Shown here: positions 1 to 13,427 of the stretch, piece after piece
How positions within the stretch are numbered: position 1 is the stretch's first letter
How the letters are laid out: each line of letters begins with the position of its first letter
Source: Octopus bimaculoides
Taxonomy: Eukaryota
Length of the DNA: 64,000 bases
Assembly (NCBI RefSeq): GCF_001194135.2
Contig: NC_068994.1
Coordinates: 38,325,134 to 38,389,133 of the forward strand
Direction of reading: 5' to 3'
Program-made: the position numbers and the translations under genes
The notes under the pieces: model-generated
Seen by the model: only the letters and a program-made list of their open reading frames with translations
Databases searched by the model: none
Told to the model about the DNA's origin: nothing

Positions 1-180
1 TTGCTTGACAACCGACGCTGGTGTGTTTACATCTCCGTAACTTAGCAGTTTGGCAAAAGAGACCGATAGAATAAGTACTAGGCTTCCAAAGAATAAGTCC
101 TGGGGTCGATTTGCTCGACTAAAGGTGGTGCTCCAGCATGGCCACAGTCAAATGACTGAAACAAGTAAAAGAGTAAAGAG
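1..180 (+). mobile_element. 3' part of an abundant SINE-like repeat; second copy at about 22408-22570 (minus)
   Basis: gctggtgtgttt..ccgtaactta..atagaataagtac..ggtcgatttg..ccagcatggccacagtcaaatgactgaaacaagtaaaagag; reverse-complement similarity at 22408-22570. Confidence 0.65.
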
Positions 181-189
181 TATAGGTAC

Positions 190-362
190 GGGCCCATTTT
201 CAAGAAGCACAACATTAGAGTCTTAGCTGTGCTCCCAACATTAAGAGCATCCTAGTTAGCACCCTTAAGTTACAGAAAGAGGCAGGATGTTCATGCAGGG
301 ACTGCAACAGATGCCTAGTGGAAGTCACTGCGAAACTAAAGGGGTAGTCTATGAAGCCTAAG
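190..362 (+). mobile_element. Penelope-like element remnant (start of GIY-YIG region)
   Basis: Frameshifted pieces SCAPNIKSIL, CSCRDCNRC and GSHCETKGVVYEA resemble the SYSCMPN.KS and C.C..C..G.C...VVY signature of Penelope-like elements. Confidence 0.45.
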
Positions 363-629
363 TACTAGCAAACCCTTGCAATACCACCAGTAGAAGCAGT
401 AGCAGCCGTAGACATGAGAACAGAACCAGCAACACTCTCTCCATTGCCACAGTTAACGTTAGTAACAATAGCAATAACAGTACCAGCAACAGCATTGGCA
501 GTTCCCCCAACAGCAACAACACTTAGAACAATAGCAGCAGCATCGACATCAGTGCTGAATGAAGAAGCTAGCGTTTTGACACTTAAAAATGACCACTGAT
601 AAGATTATTGGAACAAACGAGAAAGTTCT

Positions 630-666
<37 letters not shown>

Positions 667-1437
667 ATTTTAACAGTATTTTGTGGCATAGAAACTCATA
701 AATTTATTCTGTACGAATACTTTTTTCACCCTTAAATATTTATAATTGTCTATAAATTCATTAGTTACTATAATTTATTAGTTTCTTTTGCATATTCTTA
801 GTTTATGCATGTGTGTGCAAATATAGTATTGGTATGTCCCGTTTATGTTCATCAGAAATTAAATAATTAAGAAAATTGACATGTACGAATATTTATTTCC
901 CCCCACTGTATATATATCATCATTGTAATGACCACTTTTCCATACTTGCATTGGTTGGGCAGAATTTATTGAAGCAGTTCTTCCTGTCACCAACCCTATA
1001 GAAGACACAATGTAAAGGCTGGAAACCAGGCTTCTTATCCACGTAGTTACAACTTTAAACACACCTGAATTTATATTGAATTTTAGAAAAAAGACAAGTC
1101 AACATAAAAATACTCAAATTTGATATTATTTATTCATTTATAAGAATATACATTAACATACCTAAAACAAAATGAAAACAATGATAAAATAATAAACATA
1201 GTTTGAAATTTGGATGACATGAAATATACATCAAATATATCAATAAAAATACTGCATTTCTTAATCATCTTTTGTATATAGATGATTGTGGTTACATGTA
1301 TGTATATGCAAAATATATATATTGTTGTACTTTGAGAGGATAATGCTGCCAATGAAAATATGCACAGACTAGTAATTCACTTCTGTATTGTTACTTATTA
1401 AATGGTTTACCAAAATTTGTCACCACCAACTGTAGAC

Positions 1438-1690
1438 TTCATCATCATCATTTAATGTCTGCTTTCCATGCTAGCATGGGTTGGATGATTTGATTGAGGA
1501 CTGGTGAACCAGATGGCTGCACTAGTCTCCAATCTCATCTGACAGAGTTTCTACAGCTGGATGTCCTTCCTAATGCCAGCCAGTCCGATAGTGTAGTGGG
1601 TGCTTTTACGTGCCACTGGCACAAGGGCCAGTCAGGTGGTACTGGCAACGGCCAAACTCAAAATGGAGTCTTTTACATGCCACCTGCATT
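1438..1690 (-). mobile_element. RTE LINE 3' end or RTE-derived SINE fragment (further copies near 9770, 23425, 24492, 27704, 44880)
   Basis: catcatcatttaatgtc..tttccatgctagcatgggttgg..ctacagctggatg..ccttcctaatgcc matches the reverse complement of the LINE 3' end at 15000-15149. Confidence 0.75.
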
Positions 1691-4600
1691 TCTTTTTTAA
1701 TTTGTACATAAGTATGAGTGTAGATGCTGATGGCAGGGTTTGGTGTTTATGACAAAGAACAGAATTTGTTTATTTCTTAATTTTTGTTTTTGTAAATACA
1801 CACACATACCTTCCCCCATCCACCCTTACACACACACAACACACACACGTGTTGCTGCATATTATTTGGATAGTAAATTGTTCCTTGTAGCAAACTAACT
1901 TTCTATTACCATTATCCTTGTTATTGTGGTGATGGTGGTGTGAAGATGGCATTTATGTGTAAGTGTGTTGGCGGTGAAGGGGTTTGTTGTTACTCCACTC
2001 ATGGGAGAGGATAGGTTTCAAATTCTACTTCCAGTATGTGCACTGCTTCAGTGACTTGTCTATGCACTGGATATTGTGGATGGACAGTGAGAATTGAATG
2101 AATTTTCATTTAGATGTTTTTGATCCATTGTGTTTATGCAGGTATGTTGGTAGTCTCCTTTCATTGCCTTCTCACAAAGTTCTTCAAACCTTTCATCTAT
2201 ACTATAGACCATTTCTCCAATATAATTTGCAGCAGCACATTTTTATACACCTCATGCAATACACTACATTATTAGTTTTGCAGATTATCTGTGGGTTGGC
2301 TCTACATACCCTGCAGTTTTTGTTAGTAAAGCAGTTTTTCAAATAGATATGACCTACTAAATAATGGCTCGATATATTGACTTCCTTTTTATTACTTTGC
2401 ATCTAAGCTGTGTTTCATGCTCTGCTTTTATAAATTTATGGAATTATTCATTTCTGGGTGCAACATCTCTAAAATTACATCCTGAAATACCATGGGCCTA
2501 ATTCTATTACCTATTCCTTTCTAATTTGCTCTGCTGTATGGAACATATGTATATTTTATTCACATCATTGCTGAGCATAATTTCAATCATTTTCTTGGTT
2601 CTTTTGCATAGTCTGAGTCAATTCTATCAGTTATATCCAAAGAATTACATGTGTTGCATTAAAACTTGTATGTGCTATTGTACAAGCTTACTAAGGCCGT
2701 TTAATAGGAATGCTTATTTTTATGTTATCTAACATAATGGAGCTCTGGTGACCAAGATACTTTGCACAATGTGAATGTAAGATCTTTCTTTTGTTCATGT
2801 TTTCAAGCAATAGTTTAATATCCAGAATGTCTTTTATTGTGGATGCTGGATGGATAGTAAATAGTCACCTTGATGCTTTCGTGGATGAAGTTTGCTATAT
2901 GCTGAATGTTATCCATGAATATCCTTCTAGCAGAGGGTAACAAATATGGTTTGCGTCCTTTTACATATCAAAAGTACAATATTTCACTTAAAATTCTTTG
3001 CTCAGAAGTCTTATTCTATGTCATGAAGAGTTTGGCTACAACTGATGTGAAAGCATCATTCTCTTGAATAGGTAGTTTACTGCTGAATTATATTATATAC
3101 AAATCTTGAGTCATTTTTAAGCCAGTACCAACAACACATCATTACATTTCATATTTGATCAGGATTCACTGAGATTTGGATGGATTTACTCCATCCCTTA
3201 ATGTACATTAGAAAAGAGGTCTTTTTTTTATGGTTGAGATGTTAGTGGATGATCTACCTTATTTGGGTCAGGTAGAGTCAAATACTATTAGGTCATGTTT
3301 GTCCAAGTAATCATAATCATATTTGAATTTTAGGAGTCTTGTTGACATCACAAAATACCACATTGCTTTCACAAAGCCATGTACAGTAAAATCTCACTAT
3401 GGAAAAATCACCATCAGTAGATTGATAGATATAGAGATAATTCACCTACACTTTTTTGATAATGAATTCTGTAAGGTTGCAATAATCCATCTTGCTGAGG
3501 AGGTCTTCAAGGCATGCATTGCAATCACCTGGACATTGTTTTGTAAGTGTATAGTCATTATGAGGAAATATGACACCTCTGTGCTGGGCCAACATCTCCA
3601 GGAACTACAAGCTAAGGTTAGTGACCAGAGTTAAATTTATGACTGTTTCGAAGTCCATATAATGTGGTGGGAATATTGATGGTGGATGGGAAGTTGCTTG
3701 CAATTTGTCTTTCCAATCAGAGTTCATAAACCATTGGCAGAATGACCATCCTAAAGTATAACAATATCTATTTCAACACAGTTTCACATCACAAAATTTT
3801 GCAAATGCAGATATGAAAAAGACATGTATTTTCTTTTTTTATGTATAGAAATTATTCACACAAACACACACACACAATAGTTTGCATAGTGTATTTCATT
3901 TTTGTTAGACAGGAAAACAAAGTGTTTTGTATATGTTTATGATATAAATGTGTACAATGTAATGCATAAACATGTGTAGTAATAAAGATATAAAATTTAT
4001 ACCTATGAGTTTCATAAAAGCCAGCCTCATTTGGGCAAATGGAACTAATCAGTTGGAGAAAAGTAAATGAATGGTCTAAATTTTTTATTGATCCTTTTGT
4101 TTTGAAAACTCGAGTTTCATTCTCAGTGCATGTCAGGATATCTTCTTTAACACTTTAATATTTAAACTGGCTATAACTGGCTCAAATAGTCTATCTGTTT
4201 TATGTTCAAATTAACCAGATTTGGCTTCACATACCTATCCTACAATGTTATTCTAAAGATATACAATCACATCACCCACATTGCAAAGCTACAAGATATT
4301 GCATAACTACTTCAAAACAATGTGAATAAATAAGCATAACATTCAATAAAGTAATCTGAATGGGTTAATGCCTGAGTATGCAACACCAGTTTGATATAGG
4401 TTCAGATTCATTTTGTGTGACAATATGGATCTTTTCTATGAGGCATGGGTAACAGAAACTCAACCTCTTTTCCTTGTTCATTACTTTATATTTGTTTCCT
4501 CCATATCTCTATTTCTAAAATATATTTATAAATTTTAAGAATGCCAACTTTTAAATGCCTACTTGGTAAAGGTTATGTAGCTGATTTAGATATTATCAGT

Positions 4601-7600
4601 GACAATGTCACTGCGGCAGATGATACATTGAATTATAATTCATTTTCCTTCAAGGACATAGAATTATTCTTACTTGTTTGCTATATTTTGCTTGAATACA
4701 CCAGTGATGTTTACAACATTTTTCTTGAAGATGCTGAAGATGTCTGGTACACAGCTAAAACTTTACTTTCCTTCTACTAAACAACTAGTGCAAGTTGCAC
4801 TATTTATAAATTGGCAATAAAGACGGCATCCAGCCATAGAAACAAAGCTAAAATGACATTACAATCACCTATCTATAAAAGTTGTTGCTCTCAATGAAAA
4901 AAATTTCTCAGATCATGACAATCCATCTAACTCATGCCAGTATGGAAATCAGATGTAAAAATAATAACAATGATGATGAAGGAAAAGGCAGTTTCTTGCC
5001 TGACACATTTTCACATCAAGTCATAAGGCAGATTGCACATAAGGATATTTTCTCCATGGTATTCTTGCAGGGGACATTTGATCATCCTGACATATGAAGT
5101 ACTTTGAATAACACTTGAAATCATAAACTACAAAATCACCCAACAAATGCATTATTTACTTTTCAGCCACTGAAAGTACCTTCAACTAGAATATAGACGG
5201 GCTACATATGTAAATAAGGAATAAGTTTTACATCTCAATTACACATATAAATGTGTGTGCATGTGTTTTTAGTTCAGGGTTATGGTAGATATTACAAGAT
5301 AAAATATCAAATATGTAGTCAACAATTAGTTGATAAAACAGAACAGCTTTTCTGAAATTGTCACGGTTTTGTTTGCGAACATACAATATAGTTTATAAGG
5401 AATAAAAATAATGTAAAACCAATGTAATTTTGATTATAAATATTTATATTGATAAAATATTGTAAACTGTTATATAATATTCATTATAAATATTTAAATG
5501 CTTGTGAAAAATATTGTAAATTTATATAATTTGAATTGTAAATATTTAAATGCTTAGAAATAATAGGTTGGGGTTTTCTTTTCATATTTTTGTCCAATAA
5601 TCTTTTGTTAAGCAAAAATGGTAATTATAAAAACAATAGGCACAATATTCCAAAATGGAGGCAAATTGTAAAAAAACACATGAATGCATATTTTACATTT
5701 TTTTTAAAGCAGAAAGCTTTTGATCAAAAAGCCAGCATGAAGATAAAAATATGTGGGTTGAATTTCCTCTAAGCACTCACTCTTTATTTGATTTCAGTCT
5801 GTATTCTCAATCCAAAACTGCTTAAAAAATATAAACATACATTTTCACATTTACCTTTCAGTCTTAGTTTATCCACCATTAAATAGAAACAATTGAAGTT
5901 TTAACTTCATTTGTATTATATATTTGATACATTTGGTAAGTTAAGCATTGAATAGAATAAATAAAAAAAAGACTAAACATTCGTCAAAACATTCTGCATT
6001 CCAACTAGATCAATATATATATATTTATATAAGGCAGGTAAAAGTAAAAAAATATAAGATTCTTAAGATAGTATGGAAAATTTTCGTTTTGATTAGTTAA
6101 TAATGAAACAAGGATGGAAGACTAATAAGAGTTGTATGCTTAGATTTAAAAAAAAAAATATGGATAAAGGAAATGAAGATAGTCATAAAACAGTCATAAA
6201 TGCCACATCATGTCCAACTTGAAATTAACTCATGAATCAACATGAAGTTAGAGAAGACTAGTTCAAATAAAAGAAAGCACTCTTTATATATACTTTCAAA
6301 GTAATATAGGAGATAAATGAAAAAAGGGAATTCATGTGTGTGTGTGTGTTGGCGCAGTAAAATCTTAAGAATTTGAAAATCCCAAAATAGAATATGATGT
6401 GTGTAATTAATTGTTAAAGAGGTTAAGAATGCCAATGTTTGATTGTGTGAAGTTAAGGGATTTTACAAGCTCCATTCTCTGAGGCAAGTCTTTGAGTAAT
6501 GTCAAAGTTATGTGGAAGAGATAATGAGAACTGTATGAAATTTTGAATAATAACTGAATAAATATATTTGAATACTTGATGGTTTTAGCAATAAGAAGTT
6601 AAAAGCAAAAAAAAAAAAACAAAAAAAAAACGAGTTAAATGTCTGAAAGACTTCTACATATACACATGTGTGTGTTTGTGTGTATTATATATTAACACAT
6701 CAATTTATTATGGCATACTTGGTAGGTTAATATTAATTTATAAATCTAAAAAGAAGCAAAAAAAAAGTGTTTGTGTCATGTTTGTTTCTCTTTAAATTGT
6801 AGTTTTGAGAGAAATATTTTCAAGAATATAATTAGTTTAGACCAACAGCAAACGTTTTAAGGGCAATTGCCTTGCTAAAAGCAAGGTTAGTTTTGCTGGC
6901 TCCACACTCTTTTAATCACACTACTCTTTTGCCCCGTTTTGAGGCAGTGTTTTATGAGAGGATACCCTTTCTGGCACCAGCCCTTTTATTGACCTCTTGT
7001 AGTAGTAAGGATATGGTGTAGCTATTTTAAAACCGGGGTACATGCACTTTGGAATATTTTTTTCTTAATTCCAGAAGTATAAATGATATTATTTAGTTAA
7101 CACTGTCATCAATGGAAATGGTAATTGTAATACCTGTAAAGTTGAATCAGTTATATGGTTGTGATGGTTTGTACCAAATAGCAGACAACTGATAGATTAA
7201 AAATATTAAAAAAAAACAAATCAGAAAAATATTGAAAGACTATATTTAAAAACCTTTTATACAATATATTGAAATATATAACCTGAAACACGACATCATT
7301 TATAGACTTTTACCTCTCAGCAATAAAAGAGATAGAGGAAAGCTGTTAAGTAAGATAAAATGATAAATTTCATATTATATGCTACAATAAAATGAGAGTT
7401 ACTCATATAACTCCTGGTAACCTCTGCTTTAATTTAAGACTAATATCAACAGAGTAAAATATATGTTATTTTACATAGGGTAAGGCTCTATCTTTCATTG
7501 AAGTCATTATTCATTACAAAAACAGCATCATAAGAGAGACACAAGGCACTAGTGTAGATACAAGAGGTCTAATATAATAGACAATTGTTCCAATAATTTG

Positions 7601-8159
7601 CTGTGTTGTGTTGAAATCCTATGTGATAGACTTGAAATAATGGTAGAAGAAATATCTTGTCTTTCTGAATGTGAGGTATCACACTCTCTGGTGATTGCTA
7701 ATGATAACCACTTATCTAAAAAAAAACGTCTAAAATTATATCACCAAATTTTGCTAGCTTACAGCTATAGCAACATATTCCCTATTTTTTTCACACTCAG
7801 ATGATGGACAAGCACTCGTAGAAAAATACACTGAATTCAGGTAACTCTATGGATTCTGTTATACACCCGAAAGGCTTGGTTTCTTTTTCAAAACCAGAAA
7901 GTAGTTCAGTCTGAAAAGCTATATATAACATTATGTTTCATATAGTAGTGGAGCAGCTTCTACACACACCAGCTTTCTAGACCATATAAGAAATAAACAT
8001 TTGACTTGTTAGAAAAGATTCATTCACCAACAACTCATTACAACTACAACCCCAACAATATTCTGAATCTTCTCTTTGCCCTTTCTTTGACTACAACAAA
8101 TTTTGATCCTCTGACTTTCAATTTAAGATGAGAGTGAAAATTATGAGTTCATTATTACA

Positions 8160-8340
8160 TATCACATTCAGAGATCATCATTTATAATGTATAGAGAGTA
8201 TCATGAATAGCATTCATAGATCATCATGTATAACATACAGAGGGTATCATATGTAATGTACAGAGGGTATCACATATAGTGTAGAGAGATGATTGCATAT
8301 AACAAAGGAGTTATCACATATAATGTACAGAGATGAGCAT
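8160..8340. repeat. Degenerate minisatellite (tatcacatataatgtacagagrg-like unit)
   Basis: Several diverged copies of about 23-25 bp. Confidence 0.55.
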
Positions 8341-8649
8341 AAAAACGAATTTAACAAAGATCACTGTCAGGTCACAAACAACTTCTGATGATCCTTTACA
8401 TGAAACATCAACTACATGTAGTCACAGCCTGTTACTATTTTCAAGTCTATAATAGGGATTTGAACAGTACAGCAAATTAATGCAGTACTCACAAAAGTAA
8501 ATTCTGTTTACTCTGTAATAATTATTTACAGTTTGATGAGTTGAGTGAATGGGAGTTGACTGGTTTGGACTATGCAGTTCCAGGGAAGAGACACAAGTCA
8601 CCATTACTTTCTCAGTTCAAATATTTGTTACATAGTAAAAGACACAGAA

Positions 8650-9127
8650 AGCAGAGTCATCTTCAACAGCATTGAAGGTCCTTACCAGGAAAAGCAATGC
8701 ATGGAGCTCACTACAGACACAATCGCAGCATAGACAGATTAGCATTAGGCTACAAGACTTTCAGATACACATTTCCATAACATTGAGAGTAGCCGAATTG
8801 AAATACTTCACACAGCAAGTATAAATATACATGGCTGTATACTTAAGAAGCTGACTTTGAAATCATATGGTTTCAAGTACTGCCTTACTGGCATAGCACC
8901 TAGACACATGAAGACCCCTGGATAACTGCTCAGTGTGCTCATACATTCAGATGGCACTGAAGGTGAACTCTTCAGTTTGGTAAAGCATTTTGGTTACAGA
9001 TAGGCAAAAAGCATTGATACCACTTTGTTTGGTCATCTTCAGAGCAGAGTCATCTTCAACAGCATTGAAGGTCCTTACCAGGAAAAGCAATGCATGGAGC
9101 TCACTACAGACACAATCGCAGCATAGA
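8650..9127 (+). repeat. 85-bp identical direct repeat (8650-8734 and 9043-9127)
   Basis: agcagagtcatcttcaacagcattgaaggtccttaccaggaaaagcaatgcatggagctcactacagacacaatcgcagcataga occurs twice. Confidence 0.85.
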
Positions 9128-9549
9128 TTGTCAGATAAATTTATTCGTTTTTGCTTGATATTTTTTTTTCTTTGATTTACTTTGAGGTTTTCCATGTTAT
9201 CTGAACTAACACAAAAAATAGTTTTATCTATTTAAGCTACTTTTTTCTTTTTGTAGTTCTATTCTTCCTCTACACCTTTTTTTTTTATCATGTTTGACAT
9301 TTAAATAAATTTTCACCTGTTTTCAGACATACGGAATTGGAGTGCCAAGTAGGAAACAAAAATATTATCTGACAACAATTGTATGTTAATGTAAACTTAT
9401 TTGGTCATTTATATATGATCATGTGAATGTGTCATTTGGTCAATTATATATTGCATACAAATAAAAACATGTTATTTGGTCATTTAAATGATGTTAATGT
9501 AAACTCATTTAGTCATATGTCAATATAAACTTATATTGGTCATTTATAT

Positions 9550-10608
9550 ATTACTAGCAGAGGCACCCGGCATTGCTCGGGAATGAAATTGTTGCTTATA
9601 TACTTGAAGAAAAAAAGGCAAAATATGCTGTATAGAAATTTGAGGACATTCTGTAGATGGACTCTCAGATGAATGATGGCTGGGCGCCTCTCATGAATGG
9701 GGAAAATTGAAGATGTGCCAAAAAGCCTCATTGGTACTTGGAAACTTTTACGAAAATTAAAATGGGGATCGTTGCCAGTGCCCCTGGACTGGCTCTTGTG
9801 CGGGTGGCACATAAAATACACCATTTCGAGCGTGGCCGTTGCCAGTACCGCCTGACTGGCCTTCGTGCGGGTGACACGTAAAAGCACCCACTACACTCTC
9901 TGAGTGGTTGGCGTTAGGAAGGGNNNNNNNNNNNNNNNNNNNNNNNNNNNNNNNNNNNNNNNNNNNNNNNNNNNNNNNNNNNNNNNNNNNNNNNNNNNNN
10001 NNNNNNNNNNNNNNNNNNNNNNNNNNNNNNNNNNNNNNNNNNNNNNNNNNNNNNNNNNNNNNNNNNNNNNNNNNNNNNNNNNNNNNNNNNNNNNNNCATG
10101 TATACGTACATGCATAAATATACATACATCTTTGGATGTATGCATATGACAACACAGCCCTTGACTCACTCACACTGTCTCTTACAAACACGCATACACA
10201 CGTGTGTCTTTGTAAATATGTTTGTATACATTTATGTATGTATGTGTTTGTAAGAGACAGTGTGAGTGAGTCCAGGTGCTTGTGTATGTGTGTGAGACAG
10301 AGTGAGAGAGCGGTGTGTATGTAGTATTTACTCTCTCTCTCATACACACGAACACACAAAATAGAAAGTGAAGCTTTTTGCGGTTGTTATGTCAATACTG
10401 GAAGTTGACATTGAGGAACCTTTTTAAAGAAGTGAATCTTAAATATAAAGCAATATTATTTATTTTTAATTAAAAAAATCAAATGAAGAGCCTAAGATTT
10501 ATCCGAGGTCAAATTATTCATGCATTACAAGTATGGAAGCATTTGATGAAGTCGATTTCGCGTGAAAAGCGATTACACACACATCTCTGCTTTATATATA
10601 GTATAGAT
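9550..10608 (+). mobile_element. Helentron/HINE-like non-autonomous element carrying an RTE 3' fragment and CA/TG repeats
   Basis: 5' tactagcagaggcacccggcattgctcggg and 3' ctgctttatatatagtatagat termini, as recalled for this class; a similar 5' end (tactagctggacccacgg) at about 22164. Confidence 0.55.
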
Positions 10609-11924
10609 GTTAATGTAAACTTATTTGGTGATTTACATATGATATGCTAATGTAAACTTAATAATTTGCATACAACTCATATGTTGATATAAACTTGTTG
10701 TTTGCTTCAATACATAATGAAAATGTTTTAACTGCACGATATATGCTAATAATGTAGGGATATGTGTTTTTCTAACAAACATATCCTTCCACTACAAGTG
10801 AAAAGGAGTTTTCTCAATATACAGACATCTAACATGTCATAAAAGTGTTGTGTTCTTGAAAAAAAATCTTGCTTATAACGTGAAATTCCATAGTGCAACT
10901 ATATTTCTCATAAACTTTTCACGTTCATTGATTTCCATATAACATGAAAGTCAACAGAAAAATAGGTTTTGCATCACAGAATCCATTACAAGATTTTCAG
11001 ATACACATTTCCATAATACTGCGAGTACATGAATTGGAACACTTTGCACAATAGGTATAGACATACAAAGCTGTGTATAGTTAAGAAGTTCACTTTGAAA
11101 CTATGTGGTTTCATTCAAGTCCAGCCCCACAGCATGGCACCTTTGACAAATGTCTTCTACTATAACCCTGGGCCAACCTATGCCTTGTGAGTATGGCCAA
11201 AGTCTGATGACTAAAATCAATGAAAGAAAAGCTTAAGGAGCTCACCTATTTTTCCTTTCCTATTTATTTGTCAATAATAACATAGAGAGAGTCTATAGTG
11301 TGTGTATATTATATATATATATATACCATAGTAGCAGCTAGGCAATCAGCTGCTGTTATACACTGGTCACAATCCACTTCCAATTGTCTTGATTGTGCCA
11401 TTCTTTTCTATTTTTACCTAAACTGTTTGACAAAACCATGATACTGTGATATATATATATAGATAGATAGATAGAGAGTTGTTTCTATGTTCATTTATTT
11501 TGAAAGACATTTTTTCATTCTTAAAACTGGTTAGACTAATTTATATTACTGAGGCATTATCTTACTTAGGGGTACACTTCCTGTTACTAACCCCTACCTA
11601 TTTTACAAGTAACGAATCTCATAATCCACATTTGTTGGAAAGTACAGAGCAAGAAAATGATTTCTTGATTGCAAAATAACAACAAACTTCACTGCTAGTA
11701 GTTTAGTGTTTTTTTCTATATGAAGTACATAGGGTGTATATATTTGCATTGGCACACGCACGACATACTTCATACAATTTCCTTCCACTAAATTTGATCA
11801 CAAAGCACTGATCAGTCTAGAGCTATTATAGAAAACACTTTACCCATGGTAATACACAGTAGGGTTGAACTTAAAATCACATACTTGAAAAGTGAACTTC
11901 AAAACTTCACATCCATTCCTATAT

Positions 11925-12115
11925 ATATGTATGTATGTATAGACACACACACTGAATATATATTATATATACATATACACACTGTACGTATGTATGTGTA
12001 TGTATATACATATATACACTGTACCTGTGTGTGTGTATGTATATATGTATATATATACACAAATACTGTACGTATATGTGTGTACACACACACACACACA
12101 CACACATACAGTATG
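11925..12115. repeat. TA/TG/CA microsatellite block (similar tracts near 13360, 18175, 22135, 22600, 26220, 27675)
   Basis: Directly visible dinucleotide repeats. Confidence 0.9.
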
Positions 12116-12488
12116 TATGATTTACATATTTTTTTTCTACTTTCAGTCCAAGGACTATGGCTGTGCTGGAGCACCACCATTTACTTTGCTAGACTTTCAC
12201 TAAACCTCCTCTGATAGTGTTTGAAAATATTCTAAGAGACATTCTTTTCTACTCTAACTACAAGGCCCAAAATTTTGTGGGAGGGAGCCAGTCAATTAGA
12301 TCGACCCCAGTATGCAACTGGTACATTGTAGTCATATATAGCATAAGTCAAAACATCTACTAAAAGTCTAGTCATATCAAATACTATCCATACAAAAGAA
12401 AAGTTTCTTCACCAATGCTACCAATTTGTATGTTGGCCAGTTCAACTTCTGCCTTTCTCCATTTGAGTAGAGCAAATATTCTTCAGTG

Positions 12489-12563
12489 TTATTTCCTTTC
12501 ATTCTGATATAGAGTTAAATTGCCATGGTTTTCTATATTATCATACTTGGGAGTGGCACAAAT
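12489..12563 (-). CDS. Probable diverged P1 last coding exon (phase-0 reading ICATPKYDNIENHGNLTLYQNERK*)
   Basis: Acceptor ttttcag|atttgtgcc matches the ttttag|atctgtgcc start of exon 3 in paralogs. The same SINE sits 107 bp into the intron (106 bp in P2), followed by the same gtcacttct..aaattattccc motif. A residual RMKGNN (cf. RSRGDN) is in another frame. Confidence 0.45.
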   Translation of the reverse strand: MCATPKYDNIENHGNLTLYQNERK

Positions 12564-12639
12564 CTGAAAATAAAACAGTTTATCAAAAATGTTAATTTCT
12601 TACTTAAAGGTTAAAAGAATTTCAGTTATATATACAGGC

Positions 12640-12770
12640 AAATCTGTACAGTTAAGTTCTCACTTCAATCACATGGTTTTGGGTTCAGTCTCAATTAGTG
12701 GTACCTTGAGCAAATGTATTGCGCCAGGTCAACCACAATTTTGCATGTGGATTTTGTGAATGGAAACTCG
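12640..12770 (+). mobile_element. Second SINE family (cacatggtt..ggttcagtc..ggcacc ttgggcaa..ggaaact); copies also near 8850, 11075, 23150, 26860, 32600, 36040
   Basis: Recurrent motif seen at these positions on either strand. Confidence 0.6.
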
Positions 12771-13355
12771 TTCAATGTGTACATTCATTTTCAATTGTCA
12801 CTTCTGTCAACAAATTATTCCCTTGGTTTCCGCCTTCAAAGACATGTGAAATAAGTAATCCTTTACTTGAGAAAACACTCAAATCTTCTGAACTTCTTTA
12901 AAAAATCAACTTTATTCTTCAGCGTCATATACATTTGCAGTCTTCACACATACCTACTACATCTGATTCTTCTTATAACCAGCTTTCCTTTCAGCTCACT
13001 TGTGCTTCATAATTCATACACACTAACATTACACAGCATGTAGAATCTGCTTGCTGCATTTCTTTACTATTGACTGTTCTTATACATCAGCCATATATGA
13101 AATCTTTCTTCTCAGCCAGCCTACCTCTGATCTTTACATATATAGTATATTAAATATGGCTAAAAGAAATATGAACTCAATACATGCAATGAAGAGAATA
13201 TATTTTTCCTGGGAGAACTGAAGATATAATTTTTCACAATAAATGATTTGGTTGATCTCTGTAGATAATCAACAGATAGTTGAATGCCTCTATCCTGAGA
13301 GGAAACTAGTGAGTCACTATAAGGAATTATACCTTCAACACATACACTCTCTACC

Positions 13356-13404
<49 letters not shown>

Positions 13405-13427
13405 GTATTTATTTGTATAAGTGTGTA

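Noticed and set aside
414-599. Thr/Ala-rich ORF
   Set aside because: Low-complexity agc/aac sequence without domain or splice support.
2890-3330. Assignment of the decayed tract to a UL9-like origin-binding helicase
   Set aside because: DLIVFD and IFMD resemble its motifs, but spacing is too long and no Walker A was found.
11846-12214. YIYT/VCVY-rich ORFs
   Set aside because: Dinucleotide microsatellite translations.
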